A DNA stretch of 64,000 nt from Cyanophora paradoxa CCMP329. Taxonomy: Eukaryota; Plantae; Glaucophyta. The stretch lies in assembly GCA_004431415.1 (NCBI GenBank), contig QPMI01000575.1:1-64000 (forward strand), written 5' to 3'. The notes below the pieces were generated by a model. The model was not told the DNA's origin. It was given only the letters and a program-made list of their open reading frames with translations, and searched no databases. The translations under genes were made by a program, and so were the position numbers. Below, one piece after another: positions 36,192-46,525 of this stretch (positions are counted from its first letter, which is position 1; every line of letters starts with the position of its first letter).

Positions 36192-36362
36192 AACCTGTAA
36201 TGCAACGCTCTGTTATTTATGGTCGAATCTAATGATGCTACATATGTATTTGTCGAAAAAGAGAATTAACACACTCTAAACCTCTTTCGAAATGCTATAA
36301 TCCCCATTGTTTACTTTTCACTTTGTGAAAAATCCCTTTTGTATGTGGAAATATCTTTTTTT

Positions 36363-37508
36363 TCAGAGAGTCTTTAAGAATTGGTCAATACATCCTTTTA
36401 TGTTTTTTTCAGTGTATGGTATTCTTAAAAGCTTTAAATTATGAGTCTCACAGTATCTGTTTTTAATTCCATCTCTAATCTGTGTTATTTTAAATCCTTC
36501 TTCTCCCCCAAACCACTTAACAGGTTCAAAATGTTGTTGACCGTCAAACTCTATAACAATGTTCAGGCTTGGTATGAAAAAGTCAAACCTCAATTTATTT
36601 TTATAAAAGCAATCAGAAAACATATACTCTGTCTTGTGAGCAATGTCCAAATCTTCTAAATACCTTTTTATTTCCCGTTCTCCATGTGATGATTTACAGT
36701 GGGGACAGCCGCTTTTTTGTGAAAGATGATAATTTGGAACCTGAGAGAACTCACTATTACATTTTCGGCAAGTTAGGTTAACTTTTGTTTTCGAATCAAT
36801 ATAATTGACCTTTGAGTAATCATAATCATCTCCATGCACCTCTCTTGCTTTTTCTACAAACTGTCGCGTTGTTAACCTGAAAGTCTCGGAACGTTTTCTA
36901 TGACTACAATGTTTACAACCCTGTCCGCTTAAATGGTTTGCCGGTTCCATTAAAAAGAATTGCTCACAAGTCAGACACTGTATCTTAACTTTTACTTTTG
37001 AATTCACATAGTCTGCATGCTGATAATCATATTTTCCATTATGGGCTTCTGTTGCCTTTGCAACAAATGTGTCTTTTGTCAATCTCTGCTTTTGTTTCAT
37101 TGTTTTAATGCCTTTTTGGGGACATCCACTCCCCATTATATGACTGTTTGGCGTTTGAAAATAAAAATGATTGCATTCAAAGCAATAGATTTTAACCTTT
37201 GTTTGACTGTTAATATAGTCGACCTCATCATATCCATACTGTTCACCGTGCTTTGCTTTCGCTCTTTCTATAAACTCTTCTTTGGTATGTCTATTTTTAT
37301 CTTTAATTGTTTGGATTTTACACAATTTACACCCGCAACCTGATAAATGGTCATGGGGTGTTTGAGTAAACACCGTTTTGCAAGAAAGGCAAACTATCGA
37401 AACCCTTGTTGAGTTATCAATGTATTCTACATTGGCGTAGTTATATTTGTCTCCATGCTTGGCTTTTGCCTTTTCTACAAAACTCTCGGTTGTATCTTTT
37501 ACAGGCAT
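36363..37508 (-). CDS. 381-aa endonuclease: four DUF723-like Zn-ribbon repeats plus C-terminal PD-(D/E)XK/Vsr-like nuclease domain
   Basis: Four repeats of F..KA...HG..Y.Y....Y..S..KV.I.CxxC...F...P..H..G.GC; C-terminal LRFDFFIPSLNIVIEFDGQQHF..RDGIKNRYC..LLRIPY. Confidence 0.85.
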   Translation of the reverse strand: MPVKDTTESFVEKAKAKHGDKYNYANVEYIDNSTRVSIVCLSCKTVFTQTPHDHLSGCGCKLCKIQTIKDKNRHTKEEFIERAKAKHGEQYGYDEVDYINSQTKVKIYCFECNHFYFQTPNSHIMGSGCPQKGIKTMKQKQRLTKDTFVAKATEAHNGKYDYQHADYVNSKVKVKIQCLTCEQFFLMEPANHLSGQGCKHCSHRKRSETFRLTTRQFVEKAREVHGDDYDYSKVNYIDSKTKVNLTCRKCNSEFSQVPNYHLSQKSGCPHCKSSHGEREIKRYLEDLDIAHKTEYMFSDCFYKNKLRFDFFIPSLNIVIEFDGQQHFEPVKWFGGEEGFKITQIRDGIKNRYCETHNLKLLRIPYTEKNIKGCIDQFLKTL

Positions 37509-39470
37509 CTTATTAAAACTATAAACTGTTATACTTTTAAATAAATTTGTTCCGCGATATTTCCACATACAAAAGGGATTTTTCACAAAGTGAAAAGTAA
37601 ACAATGGGGATTATAGCATTTCGAAAGAGGTTTAGAGTGTGTTAATTCTCTTTTTCGACAAATACATATGTAGCATCATTAGATTCGACCATAAATAACA
37701 GAGCGTTGCATTACAGGTTATGGTTTGTTCTTGTGGGGCGTCAATTTTTGAGCGGGCAAAAAATGAAAACCATTTAAGCGGCATGGGAGACATCCTAACG
37801 CTCGTGCTAAGATTGATTGCAATGATGGAGACGCCGTATATGTACAACGGAAAGCCCGTGTTTTCAGTTAATACTTCCTTAATTAAAATCAATATCGACA
37901 GATTGATAATGTTTATGAATGAATTAGATAATAGCGACATAATATGGAAATTGAGCAAATCGGATATTTTACAGAGAATCCCGATATACATTATGCTAAG
38001 GATCTGACGGTTTGTTATATTTCTACAAAGTGAATTATTGGGAAATAGAAACGGAGCCGTTTGATTTACCTAATGATATATCGCGTTCCGAGTTTATCCA
38101 TATCTTAGACTTTGTCAAACTTTTGGGTAAAGATCACAACAATTGGAAGGTCGCGACGCAATAAGGAAGTTAATATTAAGGTCATTTCTTTCAGAATGCG
38201 AATGTTATCGGAACAGGAAAGAGTGAAAACGCTTTAATTTTCAAAACTACCTATACAGGACATTGTAGCTGTTTGCGTAGATCGAAACATAAACCTACAC
38301 GATCCTGTGGAGGTTTGCAAAAAGACCCTTTTTAAAGTGCGTTTAACAATAGGTCACACATTGTGATATTCTTCGTTTTGCTAATTTCTCTTGGAGACGT
38401 TCCCTAACAGATCCTGTGACTGTATTATGATATTTAGTATTTCTATTATCAGCATCAAATGACAAGATCATGTTTTGAAAAAGGTCTTTTAATTTTTGCT
38501 TTCTTGATGGTCTTCGTATTTCAGTGTTACCATAAGCGATTTGGGTAAATTCTTTACAGAAGTCTTCGAATTTCTCCATACATCTGTTTTCCGGATTCTC
38601 AAAGAATCGCGTATAAAAAAGAAGGGCGTCATGCTCTCTGATAGCGTAGAAGCTCTTCATTTTAAATGTTTTTTTTGTTTCTATTAATCATGCGTTACAA
38701 TTGTTTTTTATATTATTCAGCGTGTTAGATTCTCTGAATTCTGACCTTTACGCCTTTTGGAACCTTAACAGTGATGCATTCCGATGGTTCGACACGCTGT
38801 TTTTTCTTGTATAAATCAGGGTAGGTTCTCTCATAGTATTCTCGTATTCCTTTTAAGTCCATCTTGCGTGCAAGTGGTTTTAACTCTTCCGGAAGGTCTT
38901 TAATGAGATATTCACCCATGTCGATGCGTTCGGGGAGTTTGCAAGCCATCTTAATTATCAAATGAATATATCACAACAACCTTATATGTAGTTAAGATGT
39001 CATTTTTTCACTTTTTCCGATGTCTTACCTACATTCTATAACGCCAACAAATGATAACAAGAGAGAACATGTGATATCTATGTATTAATAGAAGGTTACG
39101 TTGAGGTTACACAAGTTACGCAAGGAGAAACGTTACGTAACCCAAATAATAGAGAAATGACACCATAATGTCGTAGAGGTTACGCAAGTTACGCGGTTAC
39201 GCAAGTTTTAGACCTTCACCTATAAAAAGACCCCCTCCAAATTTTCAGAAAGAATTCAAAAAGTTGCGTAACCGTAACTCACAGCTGTGAAATAAAGAGA
39301 AATTCGGTATATCAATACTGAAAATGGTAACAAATTAACGGAACCGCTACGTAACCTCTCTGAGTAACTCCGAGTAACTCCGAGAAACCTTAAAGTAACC
39401 TTCTATTAAGAACCGAGTCTTACGGTTCATGATCATAAAAAGATATCAATAGTATATTTTCCAATAAGTT

Positions 39471-42351
39471 TTATTCCACATCTTCGTCATCGTCTTCAAA
39501 ATCGTTAGCGCGGTTCTTTGTGAGACCGAGATAAACACGCTTCGATTTTCCACCAACCTTTTTTACAGTCGAGCCGATCTTAAACACCTCCATCACCTTA
39601 TTGCTTACAGCTCGTCCTGTTATCGCTGCTCTTCTATCAACATCTCTCATCGTATTTGAGCAATCCTTAAACAGATCGTCACATATTATGTATTTCGTGT
39701 TATCCTCCGCCAAAGCGTAGTTGTCCCTTAGGAATGTGCCGATACGGTCGCTGTCCGCGAGATAATTAGCGGAATGTTCGAGGATGCATTGGGGCGGATG
39801 GTCGATTATATGATTAACATCATGGTTTTTAAGCATGTCTATGAGAATCTCCATGTTTGCCCTGCGCCATTCACCATTTACGTCATTATCGGGATTCAAC
39901 AACCCGGTAAGGTCTTTATCCGCTTTCTTCTGTCCGGGCTTAGGTTCGACGGCATAGACCTGCTGAAATGGAACAGAACGGAAGCGGCGCGCTACTGCAT
40001 TGTCGGGCTGATCAAATTCGAGGTTATTATTACAGAGGATGACGATAACAAACATCGGAGCAAATGAAATTGGTTCTTTGAAAAGGTTCTTACTGTGATC
40101 TCATCACAACCTGTGAAATTCTTGATTTGTCCCGCCAACAGTTTGCTACCCGTGTTTGGTTCGTTTGTATGGACGAGCCTAACACCTTGCTTATTCGCAA
40201 GTTCCGGAATCATTCCATTACCTTTATCCTCCTTCGTGAAAATCCCAATGCTCATATTTCGTGAGTAGTCGCCAAATGTCTTATGCATGAAATTTTCGAT
40301 TACGCTCTTTCCGTTCGAGCCGATACCCGTAAACATATAGAAAAACTGCATGTTATTTTTACCCGTTAGAGACTTGGCATAAACAGCCTTAATGTATCTT
40401 GCAAGTTCGACATTGTCACCTGTGATATCCATGTAGAAGTCATTGAGTCGTTTGACCTTCTCAGGATCCACCGGAATATCATAGTTATAACAGACTGTCT
40501 TAGTCATCATATCAGAAGAACGACCATTACGGAACTCAAACGTGTTAAGATCATAAACGCCATCGTCAAAGCCAACAACATTCGCGACTGAATCCAACCT
40601 ATCGGCAAATGTCTCATCGTAAAGGTCATGAGAGAGATATGTAAGAAGTCCTTTCGTGTAACCTCCACAGTTAAGTTTTTGCGCAATTTTTGCACAGGCG
40701 GCTGCCTTTACTGCGAATTCCTTTTTATCGCTCTGTTCCTCCGCCTTTGCCGCCTTGGTAGCCCAATGGTTCTCCCGGTCTAAGTATGCTTTCCCGACAA
40801 CCTCACCGATAAGAGTTATCATACCACCATCATACTTATTATCTACCTTCCAAAATCCGGTTTTCTCATTCAGGATCAACCACAGACCACGTGAAAACCG
40901 CACTTTGTAGCCAATTAATGCTTTACAGATCTTGCTAACAGGAAGTGGGAGACCTTGACTTAATAGCGTCTTATCCATTTCTAATTTGATTTGAGCCATC
41001 TTATCATTCATGGCGCTAACATCGGAATAGTCATTCTCATCCATACACACCTCCTCATCGATAAATGCAAACTGTCGGCTTGGTTTAAACAGTCCATAAT
41101 ACGTGTCCGGGTTATCCTCTCTCAGATAATGCACAAGTGAGCCGAAAGTTATAGTTTTGTTTTCGGAACCGGATTTTTTGCCTTTGCGGATACTCATCCA
41201 TTTGTTCGCGCATTCATCATAATCATACTTAGGGCTTTTCTCGGAGTATTCGTGAAACAGCGCCTCCTGTTTCGTGGGTGGTATATTGTTTTCCTCTCCA
41301 ACATTCGCGATTGCGAAACCAACATTAAGCCAACCTTCGTATGTATCCGATCTTTCAGCACTAAGACCCATCACGACTTCTCTCAGTTTCTCAAATGAAA
41401 CGTTATTAGACTCCTCCGGCTGCTCTTCACTCTCCGTTTTCTTTGTTGTTTTTTTGCTTGTCGTCGCCGTCTCCTTCTTCTTTGTTGTGGTCTCCTTCTT
41501 GGTCGTCTCCTTCTTGGTCGTCTCCTTCTTGGTTTCAGTCTTGCCTTCCTCCTTCATTTGCTCTTTTGCAACTTCCGCCTTTGCCGACCGTTCGTTTTTC
41601 TCATCTTGGGTTAGGTTAGCATCAAACATATACATGTTTGATTCATCGATAAGCACAGTGGGGCAATCCGTGAATTGCGCGAAAAAGTCGCTGTCATACA
41701 TGGTTTCACAATCCACGAATTTGGTAAATACTACATCCTTATCAACATCGCGTTTAGTCTTGTTTTGGGAATCCAACCATTTACCCTTGCAACTACCCAG
41801 ACAAACAAGCGCCTGCCTTGTCTTATAAACGAGTGGGTCATAATCCACCTTTGGCGTAAGTCCGATTACATTTAAGAATTTCGGGATGTCTTCATGACGA
41901 CAGCACAGATCGGTAAAGACGAAATGCCCGATACCTTAAATTGGGTCACGTCTTCCTTAACGAAATGGATAGGACGATGACGCACGGACACAGCAATGGT
42001 AGCACCGGTGAGTTCGTGTAGTCTCTTGCGCATTTCACGAATGATTTCATCGGCTTCCTTGTAGTTATCGGCAACATCCGGTTTAAGATCCACATAGCCG
42101 TCATAATCCAGATAGACACGTGTTATTTCGTTTGGCTGAATGCATTCGGCGTAGGTCGGTTTTTTGCCTTTCTTCAAATCATCATTAATCCTTTCCGTAA
42201 TCTGATGGTCGAAATACTCTATGACAGTCTCGCTGTCAGTATTCGGAGTGAGACAATGTAGGAAAGAACCCCAATTATGTTTCTCAGGTGTAAATTTGCA
42301 CAGGTTACCGAGTCTCTCACAGGGAGTTGCGATTTTCGTGTTAGCATTCAT
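39471..42351 (-). CDS. AEP primase-PriCT-2-D5/SF3 helicase, copy 3 (two 1-bp frameshifts)
   Basis: Reverse complement of copies 1 and 2; frameshifts fall at different homopolymers. Confidence 0.9.
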
Positions 42352-42532
42352 TTTTCGCGATTGATTCTTAAATTTCTCAGAGAAAATAATCCGAGGAAGT
42401 GAGAAACTCCCAGGTTTAAATTATCTTCTCGGGATGTCCTTAAATGCTTTTCGGTTGCCCACGGCACTTTAATGATTTGGCTTAGGTTATAAAAAGGAGA
42501 AAGTAAAGCGTCAATTTTTGCGCTCCCATCAA

Positions 42533-42971
42533 TCAATTCGCTACGCTTTTTCCGATAAAGATGTGATCGGGTCGGGATACTTTCGAGGTCTTCCGATTTC
42601 TTAGGCACTGTTTGCACTTTGGGTTTTGGCTCCGTCTTCTTCTCACGCCTTTTCTGTTTCAGGTAATTGTTTGCACTCTCAATTCTCTTTTTTCTATATT
42701 CCGCGTCCTCTTCATATCGACGACGTAAATATATGGCTCTCTTTTCCAGCTCCTCAGCTGTCAGTATTGTTTTTTCGCCATTTGCGAGTCTCTCTTCTTT
42801 CTTCTTCTGATAAGCTACACGTTTTCTTTCCCTGTCTTTCTCTCTTCTCAACCTTGCCTTTTCTTCCTGTTCTTCAATTGATAACTCAGGTTTCTTTTTT
42901 CCAATCTCTACAAACGGGTCGCCTTTCTGAATAGCGATAAGCTCTTGGTTTGATTTCCGAGTATTCGCCAT
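42533..42971 (-). CDS. AT-hook basic protein, copy 3 (frameshift near end)
   Basis: Mirror of 22374-22814. Confidence 0.6.
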
Positions 42972-43122
42972 TGATTCTCTAATGGAAGGTAAGAAATTAT
43001 TCCCTTTCACTTCTCTTTTAAGTCAAACCCTTAAATACCTTTCTGTGTTTTACAGTGTCAATTTTTGGACATCAACCGTAAAACTTGTAACAAAATTTTA
43101 ACATGTAACAGTTAAGTGTAAC

Positions 43123-43500
43123 ATGGAAGACGTGGAATACATCGAAATTGTTATGGATGAAACGGAAATGGGCGAATATCAACATGAGATGGGCAAATAT
43201 CAACATGGGATGGACAAATATCAACATGGGATTGGCGAATATCAACATGGGATTGGCGAATATCAACATGGGATGTCTGATGTGGAAGCGTATTTAATGC
43301 ATAGTTACAGGTTAAGTAATGACGGTGATTATACACCTTCCGATGTAATCCATGCTGAAATAGAAGAGCTTATAGACTTTCCGATTTCAAAAACAGCCAT
43401 CGGAATCGTGATTAAGCGCATTTTCGGGATTAAATCACATGCTGTAAGAATTGATGGCGTTCTCAAAAGAGTGTTCGACATTGAAAAAACTCTAAGCTAA
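43123..43500 (+). CDS. Repeat/winged-helix-like protein, copy 3
   Basis: Identical translation to copy 1. Confidence 0.6.
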   Translation: MEDVEYIEIVMDETEMGEYQHEMGKYQHGMDKYQHGIGEYQHGIGEYQHGMSDVEAYLMHSYRLSNDGDYTPSDVIHAEIEELIDFPISKTAIGIVIKRIFGIKSHAVRIDGVLKRVFDIEKTLS

Positions 43501-43534
43501 TTAAAGAAACTGTAACAGATAGTAGCACAACCAA

Positions 43535-44070
43535 ATGAATTTAAACGATATATTGACGTTTTCACAGTCTATTTCGCCATATCCCATAGTCAATGCATCA
43601 GATAAACTGAATGATAAGAATTATACGAAATTCTTAATGAAAGCCAACGAAAGACAGATTATATACTTTATTCAAAAGAACCGCAAGAATAAAGGGTATT
43701 TGATGCATGGAAGCAAAAGGCGGGATATCATGCCCTTCAACCTATTCGTTTTGCATTCTCATATAAACACCGTTACATGTTAGTCCCATATCTTGATGAG
43801 GAGAACACCAAATGGTTCGTAGATATCATTATTAAGTCATTCGCGAGGGAAAACTTTGAGAGTCCGAATGAAACATGTCCTATCTGTCTTGAAAACATTG
43901 ACACTAACATAAATAATAAAGGCTGTATCGTTTGCAATACTCTTATTTGTCCTAATTGTTTCCTCTCTTCACTTGAATCACATGAGAATGCTAAGTGTTC
44001 AGTTTGTAGAACTAAACTATTTTTTGACGGAATGGAAGCATTAGAACCTAAGTTATATGCAAATGGATAA
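43535..44070 (+). CDS. RING-finger protein B, copy 3 (1-bp frameshift)
   Basis: Mirror of 21274-21810. Confidence 0.75.
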
Positions 44071-44447
44071 TAAAGATGAATAATGTTAAATAATAAGGTT
44101 ACGTTAAGGTTACACAAGTTACGTAGATAAAAACGTTACGTAACCAAAATAACAGAGAAAAGACACCATAATGTCGTAGAGGTTACGCAAGTTACGCGGT
44201 TACGCAAGTTTTCACTATTTTATCTGAGAGAGACCCCCCGCCATTTTTAAAAAGAATTTAAAAAGTTGCGTAACCGTAACCGCCAGTGTTAAAAATACTA
44301 AATCTCCTGTATTATAACACTGAAAGTCGTCTTGCAGTTGTAAAATATCTACGTAACCTGTTGCGTAACTCCTCTGTAACTTCTTGTAACCTCTATGTAA
44401 CCGATGCAAAAAATGACAACCCGCCAAAATAGACAGTGTAACCTACA

Positions 44448-44745
44448 ATGACTTCACGGATTCCCGACGCTTTCATAGAACAGCTTCAAAATCCCGATTT
44501 ATCACAGGATGACCGCAGTAGCATTATTTACGAGAACCTTGTTAAGAAAAACGACGGGTGTAATATCAACCAACTACCCGGATATTTACAGAGACAGTTT
44601 ATAAAGAAGGTTTCCCGATTCATTGATTTCGATGAGAACACACCGGGGAAATATCGAAAGCGATTCAAAGGGGAAGGCACGACATGATGGTAGCATTATA
44701 ACATTCAGATTGAGGCAGAAGCTTGAAAACCGCACACAGAAGTAA
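44448..44745 (+). CDS. 99-aa hypothetical protein, copy 3 (frameshifted)
   Basis: Mirror of 20594-20893. Confidence 0.5.
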
Positions 44746-45028
44746 TAAAAATAGCGCTTGCGCTATCGATGAAATTCACATGGTCTTAATTTTAGCGATC
44801 GTATTCACTACATCTATCATTACATCGATTGCATCAATATACTGTTTAACATTTTGTAGTCTTTCATGGTCTTGTCTTTTTGTGTGTTTAAGATCAACCT
44901 CCCGATGGATAAGCTCAATCTTCTTATTATGCAATGTCGCCAAAGTTACCCAATGTCCATTATTCATTTTCTCTTTCATGTCAGAGCGGCACACTCAGAA
45001 AAACTTTTATCTTCCATCAATTTTTACA

Positions 45029-45529
45029 TTAATCACGTTGCGTCTTTATGTCATTACGACAGATCGGACATTTAAAGCTCTCTGATCTCTTCAACTGTAA
45101 ATAGCATGTGTTGCACATTTTGGCGAAACATGTCAAACAAGACATTTGTATTTTAGTTTTACAGTCATCAAGGCATATGACGCACTCCTTAGTTTCATTA
45201 GATTGCGCAGGTAGGTTAATAGACCATTTAGAGATGATCTTAGAGATAAACGATTTACACGATGTTTCAGTAAGAACCGGAACAAGAATATAGTGAGTCT
45301 CTAATGTGAGAAAGCAGACGAAACGGGTATTAGGTGAATAACCCAAGTTTTTACGAAACATTTCGAAATACGCACGATGTTTAGTATCATACGGCACAAT
45401 ACAGATAGTGTTAGGGTTTGCCTTCTTTAAAGATAGGTCAGCATCGATGAGAACAGGAATATGGGTAATACTCTTAATGTAGGTCAGGATATCCGACGCG
45501 TTCATATTGTACATTCCGCTGTATCTCAC
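45029..45529 (-). CDS. RING-finger protein A, copy 3 (one F>Y substitution)
   Basis: CNTCYLQ versus CNTCFLQ. Confidence 0.8.
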   Translation of the reverse strand: MRYSGMYNMNASDILTYIKSITHIPVLIDADLSLKKANPNTICIVPYDTKHRAYFEMFRKNLGYSPNTRFVCFLTLETHYILVPVLTETSCKSFISKIISKWSINLPAQSNETKECVICLDDCKTKIQMSCLTCFAKMCNTCYLQLKRSESFKCPICRNDIKTQRD

Positions 45530-46064
45530 TTATTGTTTAAGTTTTAAGATTTGCTTCATTTTTTCATCGCTTCACAAGCGGATCCTATCGCTTCTCGTGA
45601 CATGATCTTATGTATCGCACCCGCTACCGTTTGATAACAGATGACATTTTTAAGATGTTATAATAAGGTTACGTTAAGGTTACACAGGTTACGTAAGTAA
45701 AAACGTTACGTAACCTTAAAAATACCAAAAAGACACCATAAATCTCGTGAGGTTACGCAAGTTACGCGGTTACGCAAGTTTTAGACCTTCACCTATAAAA
45801 AGACCCCAGCCATTTTTTTAAAAGAATTCAAAAAGTTGCGTAACCGTAACCTCAATGGATCTAAATGGTTATTTTTATCGATTACCACACTGAAAATGGT
45901 GTGGTTTATCGAAAAATCACTACGTAACCTCACCTGTAACCCCGCGTAACCAAGTGTAACCGCCGTGTAACTGTTGTGTAACCGCAGTTTTCCAATTGTT
46001 TAACCAAAACTTTACAGAGAAGGATTTATGAAAAATTGACAATCTTTTTAACATCTGATTACAA

Positions 46065-46525
46065 ATGGATCAATTCATTTATTTCGGAAACACCACAAAC
46101 GAGCCGCACCATTACTACGGCGCTTACATGTTGGATATAAGCAACCTCCGTAATACTTGTTTCAGATCACTATTAGATATCAAAGATTGTGGCGTTAAAT
46201 TCGATGATGACACAGGGTATTGGTTTGTTTGCTACAAGTTTCACAGAATCTTAAAGCACTTTCCTACAATAAACCCATCGTTATCGATCCTGATTATCAT
46301 AATCGCCCGAAACGTCTATATTTCGTTGGTGACATAAAAACTAAACTACCTGAAATAGAAGCTAAACGTATATTTACCCAGGCATCATTACGTAAATACA
46401 TTAAAAACCAAGGCGCTTTATTTGATAAGCGACACCGTCTATGGTATGTCACCGATCCTGAAAATGAGATATGCAAGATCTTTAAGATGTTCGATTGTGA
46501 TCATCTAACATCTCTACGTGGTTAA
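46065..46525 (+). CDS. DUF5710-like protein, copy 3 (1-bp frameshift)
   Basis: Mirror of 18811-19272. Confidence 0.6.

Noticed and set aside
22996-46525. Frameshifts suggesting the primase-helicase and other arm genes are pseudogenes or use programmed frameshifting
   Set aside because: They are 1-bp deletions in short homopolymers at different places in each copy and the three-copy consensus is intact, which is typical of long-read consensus error.
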